A stretch of DNA of 64,000 nt from a virus (Duplodnaviria > Heunggongvirae > Uroviricota > Caudoviricetes): the IMG/VR virus record IMGVR_UViG_3300029288_004479; one strand, written 5' to 3'. The position numbers were made by a program, and so were the translations under genes. This document shows positions 45,945 through 56,385 of this stretch, piece by piece. The stretch's first letter is position 1; every line of letters starts with the position of its first letter. The notes under the pieces are model-generated. The model worked only from the letters and a program-made list of their open reading frames with translations. It was not told where the DNA came from and ran no database searches.

Positions 45945-46297
45945 ACGATGGCCCGTTCTGGTTAGATGATTACGGTTACGATCAACCGCACGTTTTAAAA
46001 ACCAAACCAACCCGTGATGAAGAAGACGGGTTCCCCCACCCGATTTTGTGTCCTGATGTTGAGGATGAGAACGATCTTCCCGCTCGTGCAGCGCCAGAGA
46101 TCCATCCGATACCGAAAGAAGATACACCGGAAAACACAACGGCTGAAAAAATCATACTTGAACCAAACCATCTCCTCGATGAACCAGAATGGGGCACTAA
46201 AGAAAACGCCCCGTTGGGTGATTCGCGCGTGGTCATGAGGCCGTGGGAAGAAACCGAACCGTTCACGCGGTATTTCCAGAACACTAATAAAAAATAA
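45941..46297 (+). CDS. hypothetical acidic protein
   Basis: ATGA overlap with upstream gene. Confidence 0.4.
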   Translation: MNDGPFWLDDYGYDQPHVLKTKPTRDEEDGFPHPILCPDVEDENDLPARAAPEIHPIPKEDTPENTTAEKIILEPNHLLDEPEWGTKENAPLGDSRVVMRPWEETEPFTRYFQNTNKK

Positions 46298-46388
46298 TAG
46301 ATCTATAAAATATTGACCGGTAACCAACATCCAGCAAAACTATTTAATATCTTACAACAATCTTACTTATAATGGGCGGAAGGTTTAC

Positions 46389-46589
46389 ATGGCAATCCTA
46401 GAGATTATCCTAATCGCATTAAAAATCATTATCCCCAACCTTATTGGCATCGGAATTTTTGCGATTGGATTTGTGTTAAACTTCAGGGAAGATCCAGATA
46501 GTAAAAGAAAAGGGTTATGGGTAATGGGTTTTGCGATAGTATGGGAGTTTATGATGATCTATTTATTTACACAGGCGTGGTTTTTATGA
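46389..46589 (+). CDS. small membrane protein; 3' end lies in a 32-bp tandem duplication
   Basis: Two TM helices; stop codon sits in the second repeat copy. Confidence 0.35.
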   Translation: MAILEIILIALKIIIPNLIGIGIFAIGFVLNFREDPDSKRKGLWVMGFAIVWEFMMIYLFTQAWFL

Positions 46590-46617
46590 TCTATTTATTT
46601 ACACAGGCGTGGTTTTT
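46554..46617 (+). repeat. 32-bp perfect tandem duplication (ATGATCTATTTATTTACACAGGCGTGGTTTTT, 2 copies)
   Basis: Direct reading of the sequence. Confidence 0.9.
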
Positions 46618-46631
46618 AGGGTGATCTGTAT

Positions 46632-46937
46632 ATGAATAATGGGAATTGGATTATAATTTTAGGTATTATAGTAATCGGTGCGATATTCGGCGTGTGTATG
46701 TATTTAAAACACGAAAATGATATTGCAATAAATCAAACGTTAGACGTTAATTGGACAATCGAAAAATGGGATTACCTTAAACCGATCCCAATTAGTATTG
46801 AGGAACGTTCGCCAAACGGAACACAATACAGTTGTGCCGAATTAGATCAATTATATGGAGATGCCATAACGTTCTGTGACGATTCACTATACGGTCATAA
46901 TATCAGTATCATACGTAGGAGATCGACACTGCCATGA
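46632..46937 (+). CDS. membrane-anchored protein
   Basis: N-terminal TM segment. Confidence 0.4.
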   Translation: MNNGNWIIILGIIVIGAIFGVCMYLKHENDIAINQTLDVNWTIEKWDYLKPIPISIEERSPNGTQYSCAELDQLYGDAITFCDDSLYGHNISIIRRRSTLP

Positions 46938-47542
46938 AGAACGATAAACAGGGAACCCTCCCGACAAAATGGTATATAGTATCCGAAACTCGTCTGGCGC
47001 AACTAAATGAAGATTGTTATATAGATCCGGAGTTCTTAACGGAAGTGCGATCACATCCGATTGAAAACGAACTACTTATTGAAGAAGAGAAAGTCAAACG
47101 GATATTAAAAAGGATTGACGAGGCATCCGAATTAACTCCGGAATTCTGTGATGAGATCGAACGGATTCATCGGAGCATTATAAATAATATAATCGATCCT
47201 GATAAAACACCGTATACTGATGATGTTTGTGAATGGTGCAGGAAAAGATATCCGGTTGGAGCGAACGAAAGATACTATCAGGTTGTCCTTTTTGGAGATG
47301 AACTCCACATGATCTGCGGAGATTGTTACGATCATTTAAATGAATCTCATCCGGAGGGAACCGAAAAGAAGTTGACCGGTATAGAGATATTAGAGCAGTT
47401 ATATAAGGAATACGATGATGAACTTAAAGGATCTGCGACATCAACCACACCGCGAGATTATCTTGAAGCACGATGTGATGCACTAGATCGAGCAATACAG
47501 GAGATATTAAAATCTCCCTATCATAACAGAGAAAAAGGTTAA
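46934..47542 (+). CDS. hypothetical protein
   Basis: 202 aa ORF. Confidence 0.45.
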   Translation: MKNDKQGTLPTKWYIVSETRLAQLNEDCYIDPEFLTEVRSHPIENELLIEEEKVKRILKRIDEASELTPEFCDEIERIHRSIINNIIDPDKTPYTDDVCEWCRKRYPVGANERYYQVVLFGDELHMICGDCYDHLNESHPEGTEKKLTGIEILEQLYKEYDDELKGSATSTTPRDYLEARCDALDRAIQEILKSPYHNREKG

Positions 47543-47553
47543 GATGAATAAGT

Positions 47554-48189
47554 ATGGTTACGAAAAGATTGTCGGATGAAGAAAAAATAAAACGGTTTTT
47601 TGCGAGGTTAAATAGATCATCTGAACTTGATACGAGTGTTTATAACGAAATTATCCGGGTATATACTTCAGGAACCGCGCACAAACCGGCGGAAACAATT
47701 TCGTGTGCTGGAAAACCAGAACCGGAATCGACGGACGGGATGACAAATGAATATAGAATTCAAGTACATGGATCAGGTTGGAAAAAACAACCCACTCGCC
47801 AACCCTGCGATCAATGTGAACATAAAAAAAGAAAGGACGAGTTGGAAATGGTAAGGAAAGTAAATATAGGCGGGGTACTTAACTTAACATCAATTGGAAA
47901 ATATACGTTCTATAAACCATATCCATTTAAGATAGAATATGACCCTATAAATAATATGTATCATTGTTTTGATAATATCGGAGGTATAAATGCATATGCG
48001 CACGCGATCTCTGAACTTTTGGTTCGTATGGAATATCAGATAGACCGTACCGTATCGGGATTTATTGATTTTGACGATAAGATGTTATGTGAGGAATCAA
48101 TAACCTTGAAAAACAATTTTATGGAATACGTAGATTTTGGTGATTACACACGATATAAACAATTGGAAAAGTTTGATTTATTCGAGTGA
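47554..48189 (+). CDS. hypothetical protein
   Basis: 211 aa ORF. Confidence 0.45.
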   Translation: MVTKRLSDEEKIKRFFARLNRSSELDTSVYNEIIRVYTSGTAHKPAETISCAGKPEPESTDGMTNEYRIQVHGSGWKKQPTRQPCDQCEHKKRKDELEMVRKVNIGGVLNLTSIGKYTFYKPYPFKIEYDPINNMYHCFDNIGGINAYAHAISELLVRMEYQIDRTVSGFIDFDDKMLCEESITLKNNFMEYVDFGDYTRYKQLEKFDLFE

Positions 48190-48416
48190 CCATGAACGTT
48201 CAAAAGATAAAAACCGTGTTGAAAAGTATCGGATATGCGACGGTATTAGGGGGGTTAATAACATCATTAATCGGGTTACTGGCATTACTCAATTCATCTA
48301 TCGACAAAACAATAACTATAAATCCGGGGCATCTCATAATGTGTTGGGTTGTTATATCCGGAATAATGAGTGTTATACTACTAATTGAATTATACGACAA
48401 ATCTGATACAGAGTAA
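48186..48416 (+). CDS. small membrane protein
   Basis: Two TM segments. Confidence 0.4.
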   Translation: MTMNVQKIKTVLKSIGYATVLGGLITSLIGLLALLNSSIDKTITINPGHLIMCWVVISGIMSVILLIELYDKSDTE

Positions 48417-48428
48417 ATCACCGGGCAT

Positions 48429-49184
48429 GTGGGTGAGGTGGGCATTATAATTAAAACAAATATTATTTACAACGAAGATTGTATATCCGGGATGTCGAAA
48501 CTCCCGGATAACTGTATAGACCTTGTAGTAACCAGTCCTCCGTATAATTTGGGTGTAAATTACGATACATATAACGATTGGATGGAATGGCCGGATTATT
48601 ATGATTGGTGTCGATTGTGGTTACGGCAGATATATAGAATCCTGAAACCCGATGGAAGATTCTGCCTCAATCACTATTTATCGTGCGGGACGGCCAAACA
48701 TCGCAGTGCACCGTTAATGAATTTGAATGCGATTTGTGAGTTTGAAATTGGATTTCGTCATCACGGCACAGCCCTTTGGTCAGAGAGTTCTACTTGCAAG
48801 AGACACGCATGGGGTTCGTGGATTAGTGCCAGTGCTCCGTATATTAATTCGCCTCACGAGTGCATAAATATATTTTATAAAGATCACTGGAAAAAGGATA
48901 AGAAAGGCGAAAGCACAATCACACCAAAAGAGTTTATGGAAGCGACGTTGGGTATCTGGCATATCCCGCCAGAGAAACGGCGCAACGGGTGTCCCGCGCC
49001 ATTTCCTCCCGGTCTTCCAAGACGATGCATTAATTTATTAACTTATAAAGGTGATCTGGTACTAGATCCGTTTATGGGTTCGGGTACAACAGCTCTAGTT
49101 GCAAAAGAAACGGGTAGGGACTATATTGGATATGAATTGTCGCCAGCGTATTATGCAACGAGTATAGAACGTCTGAAGGAATAA
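48429..49184 (+). CDS. DNA methyltransferase (N6-adenine or N4-cytosine, beta class)
   Basis: VTSPPYNLGV (motif IV) precedes LDPFMGSGTTALVA (motif I). Confidence 0.75.
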   Translation: MGEVGIIIKTNIIYNEDCISGMSKLPDNCIDLVVTSPPYNLGVNYDTYNDWMEWPDYYDWCRLWLRQIYRILKPDGRFCLNHYLSCGTAKHRSAPLMNLNAICEFEIGFRHHGTALWSESSTCKRHAWGSWISASAPYINSPHECINIFYKDHWKKDKKGESTITPKEFMEATLGIWHIPPEKRRNGCPAPFPPGLPRRCINLLTYKGDLVLDPFMGSGTTALVAKETGRDYIGYELSPAYYATSIERLKE

Positions 49185-49214
49185 TTATTTAAATAAACAG
49201 GGGTGAAAGTTAGA

Positions 49215-49571
49215 ATGCCAAAAGGCGGAAAAGATGGTGATAAACTGAAACGACGAGAATTACTTTCAGGACATGTCAACAAAGAAATCCAGATTCAGGC
49301 AATATATGGGGGAACACATCTCGCAAAAGGGTTTTTAACCTCAAAAACGATTTTACTAAAAAATGTTAAAAGCGGTGATAAATTTATTGATGATCATATG
49401 TGGATCACAACACCCGATTACGGTCTTTTCATGCGGTTCGAAAAATTTGTTAAGGGAGATGCACTTGATATTCTTGGGAAGGTCAAGAAATATAAGAAGA
49501 TGACAACGGTAGGCAAATGCACCGATTTTACCATTGATGTTATTGATGTGAAAAAAGAAAAAGGGAGTTAG
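49215..49571 (+). CDS. hypothetical protein
   Basis: ATG start inside the listed ORF. Confidence 0.4.
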   Translation: MPKGGKDGDKLKRRELLSGHVNKEIQIQAIYGGTHLAKGFLTSKTILLKNVKSGDKFIDDHMWITTPDYGLFMRFEKFVKGDALDILGKVKKYKKMTTVGKCTDFTIDVIDVKKEKGS

Positions 49572-49577
49572 TTAACG

Positions 49578-49793
49578 ATGACAGATTTTATTGAAGATTG
49601 TTTGCCGCTCTTACGGAAATATAATACAGAAGGCGGGTTGGATATTGATGAAGATGATTCCGAACTATTAGTTCAACTAAGGGATATGAACCTGATTTTT
49701 CTTGGGATCAAGTTTAGTAAAAGGAAAAACCTGAAACTTTATGCGGTAACGACAAAACCCGGCGTAGCATTACTAAATATGTTCAAACGATAA
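49578..49793 (+). CDS. hypothetical protein
   Basis: 71 aa ORF. Confidence 0.35.
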   Translation: MTDFIEDCLPLLRKYNTEGGLDIDEDDSELLVQLRDMNLIFLGIKFSKRKNLKLYAVTTKPGVALLNMFKR

Positions 49794-49811
49794 TTAGAGG
49801 AGGTACTTATA

Positions 49812-50147
49812 TTGGATATCATTGAAAAACAGGATTTATACGAAGCCGTGTGGGAGAAAAAAGGTGCTGTTCATCAAGTCAATAAGTTTATGGAAGAGAT
49901 GTCGGAACTCTCAAAAGAGTTGTTTAAAGCCCAGAAACACAATGGGGATAGAACCGTAGATCAGACAATCAATGATAAAGTTCTCGAAGAATTTGCAGAT
50001 GTAACGATCTGTATGGAACAAGTACGGATGAAATTAATGCAATTAAAAACAAATTCTGGTGAATCCGCGTATGCTGTAATGTTACAACACAAAGAGAAGA
50101 AGTTGGAAAGGCTTAAGAGGACATTTACAACCGATGGCAATCTGTAA
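49812..50147 (+). CDS. MazG-like nucleotide pyrophosphohydrolase
   Basis: EEMSEL...EEFADVTICM paired E-rich helices. Confidence 0.5.
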   Translation: MDIIEKQDLYEAVWEKKGAVHQVNKFMEEMSELSKELFKAQKHNGDRTVDQTINDKVLEEFADVTICMEQVRMKLMQLKTNSGESAYAVMLQHKEKKLERLKRTFTTDGNL

Positions 50148-50298
50148 AGAGTGCGGTGAACCAATAATTTGTGTAGAGAATGGATATATCGATGTATTTC
50201 ATCGGTTAGGTCAATGTGAGAAATGCAAACGTGTTGTAATGGACACTCAAAAAAACCTCGCCGATCCGGAACTAAAATTATAAATATTCACGTGTGGT

Positions 50299-50898
50299 AT
50301 GATTGACCCAACCCGAATCTATATATCTGCATATGCAGAACTTTCAACTAAAGAAGAATATCGGCACGAGATCGGGTGGATAGAAAATATCAAACCGTTA
50401 GAAGAACAAACATGGCAGACCTTCGAGTATGAATATATATGGGTTGTTTTAAATGCGGGAATGAAAGAACAAATAGCAAGAAAGATCTATGAGAGGTTTT
50501 TGGATGCAGCGGAACATTACGAAGAAAGAAAGGAAGACCCGTTTCAAACCATCGGGCATAAAGGAAAACGCAAGGCGATTAGCTCTTTTGTTGGCAACGG
50601 GGAAAGATATTTTCAAAGATTACAAATAGCTGAAGATAAGATAGAGTATCTGAAAGCGTTACCGTGGATTGGAGATATCACAAAATATCACCTTGCAAAA
50701 AATATGGGAATAGATTGCGTAAAACCAGATCGTCACCTAGAACGAATGGCAAAAGTATATGATTATGCGACGCCATATGATATGTGTAAACAAATACAGA
50801 TCGATCTTGGTGGTATTGGCACACCGTACCAAACGAAACTGGCAACGATAGATCTGGTATTATGGCGGTGGTGCAATCTTGGGAGATGGAAACCATAA
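50299..50898 (+). CDS. HhH-GPD superfamily DNA glycosylase-like protein
   Basis: LPWIGDITKYHLAKNMGIDCVKPDRHL (helix-hairpin-helix plus Asp). Confidence 0.45.
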   Translation: MIDPTRIYISAYAELSTKEEYRHEIGWIENIKPLEEQTWQTFEYEYIWVVLNAGMKEQIARKIYERFLDAAEHYEERKEDPFQTIGHKGKRKAISSFVGNGERYFQRLQIAEDKIEYLKALPWIGDITKYHLAKNMGIDCVKPDRHLERMAKVYDYATPYDMCKQIQIDLGGIGTPYQTKLATIDLVLWRWCNLGRWKP

Positions 50899-51139
50899 AG
50901 ATAATTTTGCATGGAAATATGCAGAAGAACACGGTCTTTTATATAATGGATGGGCATCACCACCATGTACAACAAAATGGCATTATTTCCAGAATGGCGT
51001 AAGTGTTTGCGACCATTGGACTCATTTTGGGAGATCACCAAAGGGAAATGATCTGGATTGGATACCTAAAGAGACAATTATGCCGCTATGTAAAATCTGC
51101 TTGAGAAAACATTCTGAATTACAAATCCAGAAGAGGTAA
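50879..51139 (+). CDS. hypothetical Cys/Trp-rich protein
   Basis: 86 aa ORF. Confidence 0.35.
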   Translation: MGDGNHKDNFAWKYAEEHGLLYNGWASPPCTTKWHYFQNGVSVCDHWTHFGRSPKGNDLDWIPKETIMPLCKICLRKHSELQIQKR

Positions 51140-51140
51140 G

Positions 51141-51338
51141 ATGAGTAGACCACTCAAATATCCAAAATGTCCGGACTGTGGGAAAACGTTATATGAAATC
51201 CACAATGAAAAGATTCTTGCAATCGATGGGTTAAAAGAGATGTGGGGTTGTGGGAACTGTCGGGCATATTATAAACGATCAGATGACGGAAAGTTCATTC
51301 AGAGATTACCGAGAGATGGAGAACAAACATTATTATAA
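51141..51338 (+). CDS. zinc-ribbon protein
   Basis: CPDCGK...CGNC. Confidence 0.4.
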   Translation: MSRPLKYPKCPDCGKTLYEIHNEKILAIDGLKEMWGCGNCRAYYKRSDDGKFIQRLPRDGEQTLL

Positions 51339-51347
51339 GGAGAAATT

Positions 51348-51650
51348 ATGAAATCAATATTACGAAGAGTTATCTTACAAGATATTCCGGATGGAATGTT
51401 CTCAACAAAGAGAGAACAGGCGATATTTGAATACGAGCTCACGCACGACCACCCATTAATTTTCGGGACAGAGATAAGAATTGATCGAGCAATCCCGAAC
51501 GTATTCTTCATAGTTCGTAGAATAATCTACGAATCAGAACAAAATCGATATGTATATGTAGATCACGATCCAATGGGTAAAGAAAGTAATGAGTATGTGA
51601 AATGCCTGCTTTCAAACGGATTTACATTTATTACTAATAAAAATTATTAA
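51348..51650 (+). CDS. hypothetical protein
   Basis: 100 aa ORF. Confidence 0.4.
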   Translation: MKSILRRVILQDIPDGMFSTKREQAIFEYELTHDHPLIFGTEIRIDRAIPNVFFIVRRIIYESEQNRYVYVDHDPMGKESNEYVKCLLSNGFTFITNKNY

Positions 51651-51668
51651 TAAAAAACTGGTATAAAA

Positions 51669-52283
51669 ATGGATTCAAAATCAATGGATTGGATCGATGA
51701 GGATGTTGATACGACCTGTAACTGCAAATACATGCACGGTGCAGATGAATACGAATCGTGTTGGTTCGATTGCACACACCCGCAACGTCCAGCGTTAAGT
51801 TGTCCCTATCGTAAAATGAAAGAATGTAGTATTGCCGAACCGGACACGGAAGAACAAGATCGGCAACGGAAATCCATTATGAGTTCAACAAGTTTCTGGG
51901 AAGAGTATAACAAAAAAGATAATTATCGTGTCCATATCTGTGACGTTCCGGAGGAAGTGTTCTACGCCAGACACAAACACGTATTGAGTCTTATTGGAAA
52001 ATACGATGCACGAAGTATCGGGTTACTTATTGCAGGCAAATATTATCGGGATGTCTGGTCATCGAGATCGTGTTCAGGTACATTATCGGCACTAGTAAAT
52101 AGTGAAAAAATTGGTGGTAATGGGGAACACGATTACATGGATTTTTACTGCGAGAGTAGCAGTTACTATTATCTCAGAAAACCCTATAACGAAGATCTAA
52201 TTAAATCGTTTAAGATCCACGCAATCAATGTAACGGAAGAGTTTGATGAAATGGATAAATTAGATGGGAGTTCTATATCATGA
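51669..52283 (+). CDS. hypothetical Cys-containing protein
   Basis: 204 aa ORF. Confidence 0.45.
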   Translation: MDSKSMDWIDEDVDTTCNCKYMHGADEYESCWFDCTHPQRPALSCPYRKMKECSIAEPDTEEQDRQRKSIMSSTSFWEEYNKKDNYRVHICDVPEEVFYARHKHVLSLIGKYDARSIGLLIAGKYYRDVWSSRSCSGTLSALVNSEKIGGNGEHDYMDFYCESSSYYYLRKPYNEDLIKSFKIHAINVTEEFDEMDKLDGSSIS

Positions 52284-52555
52284 CAGAAGGAAAACCGCAC
52301 CCGTTAATGGAGATCCAGAAAGGTGATGAAGTCCTAGATATATTTTATGAAGGACGTTACCTTGTTGGACTTAACGTGTATAGAAAAGAGAACAATCTTG
52401 TATATATGTTAAGAGCCACGACAACAGAGAGGGTGCGCGGAGACAATCACAGGATCATTATGGGATTTATATCAGTAGGAACCCAATCTAAAGATAAATA
52501 CGATCAAAATCCGAAAGAATATATGTATACAAACCAAGAATGGGGAATGTGGTAA
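52280..52555 (+). CDS. hypothetical protein
   Basis: ATGA overlap with upstream gene. Confidence 0.4.
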   Translation: MTEGKPHPLMEIQKGDEVLDIFYEGRYLVGLNVYRKENNLVYMLRATTTERVRGDNHRIIMGFISVGTQSKDKYDQNPKEYMYTNQEWGMW

Positions 52556-52751
52556 GCATATCACTAACGAAATGGTGTGGAACCTGCCATCACTTTGAAC
52601 CGAGAGATCCAGATGCTTATTCTACACAACTCTGTCACGCAAACAAAAAAGCAGACCAGATTTCACAAGTGAAAGTTGTTGGTTTAAAATATGGAGGGGA
52701 TTGTACACTATGGAAGAAAAAGTGCAAGAATTAAAACCATCAATAAATTAA

Positions 52752-54129
52752 ATGTGGAGACGATACGATTTGGCACGAGTTGCACTAGTAAACCCCGGTA
52801 AAAAAGAATGTTATGCAATGCAGGAACCACTTAACTTGGGTTTTATCGCATCATATTTAGAATCACTAGGGCATACAGTAACTATTATTGACGAACTTGC
52901 CGGGCAGAATGTTATACCCACACTCAAAACATTTGAACCCGATATTGTCGGACTTACCGCAGTAACGCCACTTGCTCCGGATGCATATAGGATCGCAGAC
53001 GCTTGTAAAAAACAAGGATATTTGACAGTAATGGGTGGCGTCCACGCATCAGTATTACCTCAAGAAGCTTTTGAACATGTAGATATTGTTGTGAAAGGTG
53101 AAGGCGAATATGCATTCGAAACTATTATTGACGAGAAACTTACTGATGGTAATATACTTAGTCAATACGTAGAAAATATAGATTCAATGCCATTACCTGC
53201 ACGACACCTTATGAATATGGAATACTATGTGCGCACAAAAGATCGCATACCCCATTCGGTTTATTATTTCATACCGCCAAATACCAGAATGGCCGGAATG
53301 GTTACATCGAGAGGTTGTCCCTATTCATGTATCTATTGCCACAACTCGTGGAAAGGATTACCTTGGATTACCTTACAGGATGAACGCCCCGGAACATGTC
53401 ATTACTGAAATGCGCCAACTTATTGACGTGTATAATATTGAAGCGATCTTTTTCAATGAAGATAACTTTTTCTTTGATAAGAATCGGGCGCGTGAGATCT
53501 GTTATAAAATTATAGATGAAGGGTTTGATATTATGTGGGGTGCTACAAGCACGACAAACGGTATTACCAAAGATGTTCTTGAGATTGCAAAAGAAGCTGG
53601 GTGCCGACAAGTAACGTTTGGGTTTGAATCCGGGTCGGATCGGATCTTAAAAATATTACGTAAACGTGCTACAGTCGCACAGAACTACGCTGCTGTAAAA
53701 CTCTGTAATGATGTTGGGATCATACCACAAGGGACTGTTATGATAGGCAACCCAACCGAGACAATTGATGATATCAGGAAAACACAAGAGTTTGTACGCA
53801 CCTCCGGACTCAACCATATTGGAGTATGTATTACCACGCCATATCCGGGAACCGAACTCTGGAATCAGGTTCGTGCACAAGGCAAAGTACCAGAAGAGAT
53901 TAACTGGTCAAATATTAATCTCGATAAAATTAATATCCGAGTATGTGATACGATCCCCCCCAAAACATTACAAAAACTATATCTTGAAACAAGTAGCATA
54001 CTCAGTCAAAACGAACAACTGTCTTTTGGAGATCTTATCTACGTATTAAAAAACGATCATAAAATGATCATTGATATTCTTAAAGATCCACAAAGAGTTA
54101 AACGTATAATTAAACGGTTGCGATTATGA
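52752..54129 (+). pseudogene. B12-binding radical SAM enzyme gene split by a 10-bp tandem duplication (GGATTACCTT x2 at 53355-53374)
   Basis: N-terminal B12-binding-like domain; CPYSCIYC; deleting one 10-bp unit fuses 52752..53408 with the 53227..54129 frame (..WKGLPYRMNAPEHVITEM..). Confidence 0.7.
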
Positions 54130-54473
54130 AAGAAACTGTGCAAGAATCGAAAACATTAGGTCGGTTTACATTTAAAAAACCGGTTCCTTATATAATTAGG
54201 GAATTTATTGATGATGAAGAAGAGATTAGATTTTGTGTAGAGAACAAAGAACTCGGGACAATTGGTTGTGGAAGTACTATTGAAAATGCATTAATACGAT
54301 TTGAAGGACATATGATCGCAGGGATGTTCTTGTGGCATAAATGTAAAACCAACAAAAAGATAAACCTCTCACCAACATCTATTTGCATGATGGAACGGTG
54401 GAAAGATTATCTTAACTTTGATGAGTATAGTGTAGATTGGTTGATAGACGAGATGGACAGGATCGATCCGTAA
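54126..54473 (+). CDS. hypothetical protein
   Basis: ATGA overlap with upstream gene. Confidence 0.4.
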   Translation: MKETVQESKTLGRFTFKKPVPYIIREFIDDEEEIRFCVENKELGTIGCGSTIENALIRFEGHMIAGMFLWHKCKTNKKINLSPTSICMMERWKDYLNFDEYSVDWLIDEMDRIDP

Positions 54474-54482
54474 TTATAGATA

Positions 54483-54810
54483 AGGCAGCAAGAAAACCCC
54501 TATTTTCAAACAGGGGATGAATTGTGTTAACCCAAACAAATAAATCTGAACATATCGAAACTATGGGTGACCATACAATGTTAAATATTGTATGTGTGTT
54601 GTTCTCACAACAAGTTTGTGCGAACATAATGTAGCTGGCGACGCTCCTGTAAAGGAAATAGTCAGTAGTGGTCGTTTCAACCGGCCCGTGAGAATAAGGT
54701 TGGCTTTCGAGCCGGCAAACTTCTCCAAAGTAATTAGAACGAGATGTGTTGTTCACCAGAACGACCTCACGCTCAATCCTCCCGTTTTAACGGAAGGTAG
54801 TTGAAGGCGA
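54483..54810 (+). mobile_element. tnpB-less miniature IS200/605 derivative (MITE/PATE-like) retaining LE and RE of the 10194-11749 element
   Basis: LE ~57 nt and RE ~175 nt are each near-identical to element A; the internal ~1.2 kb is deleted. Confidence 0.75.
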
Positions 54811-55459
54811 AGAGAGATTTGAATTAATTGATCAGGATGTGAAGTCAACACCCGGTACATTTAATTTAACCCCGGATGAATTTGAACAAGTGAGACGACA
54901 CTGTCAACTACCCCGCCATAAATGACGGGGCTTGCGAATGGCTAAGCAGGACTAAACAGTAGACTAGACCGAAACAGGTGTGAGAACACAATGTCAAACG
55001 CGAAACGAACTACAAGAACGGATCTCAGTGCTTCCCTAGCTCTGCCCACTTCTGGGTGCGCCAACCCCGGAGTTCCGGAAACGGAACTAAGTTCGTCTTG
55101 CAAGGTCGAAGGGAAATTTAACCCGAAGAAAATTCGGAGTCATAATATGCGAGTACCAGTAATGGATGCCGAAAGACACCCGTTGATGCCGACCACAGGG
55201 GTCAGGCATCAGCGTACTGGAACAAATTAGGCATTTTCTGTAGAATCCTAAAAAAGACAGTTGTACCAAACAATTAATTGGATAATAAGATTCCTCTTAA
55301 TAACGACCGGTCTTGCACTAATGTATATTGGTTTTAAGAACCGGCCCGTGAATGATCCGGGTTCATTGAGATCAGGGATACTTATAATAGTCTCAGCGGT
55401 TGCAGTTTTTATTGTAATGTTTTTAATATACGCAAATTACGTATTTCAATAAAAAAAGA

Positions 55460-55759
55460 TTATTGTTTTTCATCAGGCTCTGTTTTCTTCTTCTCAGCGA
55501 GAATTTCATACAGAGTCCGACCGATTACTGCTGTAAGAACACTGGTCTGGTCTTCCATGTTTTTTCCCTTAACAGCAGATACAATACTGCTCGAAATCAA
55601 TTCAGCGATCATAGCAATGAACAAACAAAGCGATGCTGAAAGTACAATTGCACCAACAACAACACCAGTGTTGTTTGGATAAATTGCGTTGCCAATAAGA
55701 CCCGCTGATCCAACAAATGCAATCAGGCAGATCCATAATATCAATGAACGTAGATCCAT
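55460..55759 (-). CDS. membrane protein (minus strand)
   Basis: Three TM helices; convergent with upstream + genes. Confidence 0.4.
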   Translation of the reverse strand: MDLRSLILWICLIAFVGSAGLIGNAIYPNNTGVVVGAIVLSASLCLFIAMIAELISSSIVSAVKGKNMEDQTSVLTAVIGRTLYEILAEKKKTEPDEKQ

Positions 55760-55803
55760 TTTACACTCCTAATTATTTCAGTCCAGTAGTTAGTCAGTTA
55801 ACC

Positions 55804-56385
55804 TTATGAACCTTTGGGTGCGTTTGCGAGGCTCTGTGCACCCAGTTCAAACTTAACAAGTTCCTCTTCATGCATTTTCTCTTTAAGTACTGGGTACTTA
55901 ACCCACCCATCCGGGTAATCAATAAGATCTTGAGACTTCTCAAGATCTATAACAGAGTATGCATCTAAAGTCCCGGAATTTTTCAGATACATACAAGCGC
56001 CAAGTATAAGTTTCGGCAGGAGTTCACTTTGTGGATAATCATTAATTACTTTTTGTAAAGCAAGAGCTCTTCGTTTAAGTGGGTTCCAGCGAAGCACAAA
56101 CAAAAAATTACTAACTTTAAGATACCGGTTTAGTAACCTTTTCCGGCAATGCTGAAGATGTGAGTTCTTAGCTGCATAGTTTTTAAGTACCTTTCCACAG
56201 TGAACGCAAGTACATGGTTGGTTTCTCCAAGGTTCAAGTGCGAACAACCCACTAGGTTTGCGTACAACTTTTGGCGGCTCTTGCGTTGCAATAGTTTCAG
56301 GCTCTGGCATTTCAATCTCCGCATCATCATTATCATTGGATGGGATCATGGAATCGGCCTCCTCATTTAATATATCCGTATCCAT
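55804..56385 (-). CDS. C2H2-type zinc-finger protein (minus strand)
   Basis: CTCVHCGKVLKNYAAKNSHLQHC. Confidence 0.45.
   Translation of the reverse strand: MDTDILNEEADSMIPSNDNDDAEIEMPEPETIATQEPPKVVRKPSGLFALEPWRNQPCTCVHCGKVLKNYAAKNSHLQHCRKRLLNRYLKVSNFLFVLRWNPLKRRALALQKVINDYPQSELLPKLILGACMYLKNSGTLDAYSVIDLEKSQDLIDYPDGWVKYPVLKEKMHEEELVKFELGAQSLANAPKGS

Noticed and set aside
54991-55230. 79-aa ORF in the GC-rich segment after the miniature IS
   Set aside because: It is rich in Thr/Ser/Pro/Arg from a hairpin-dense sequence, and there is no SD. It is more likely a structured RNA.
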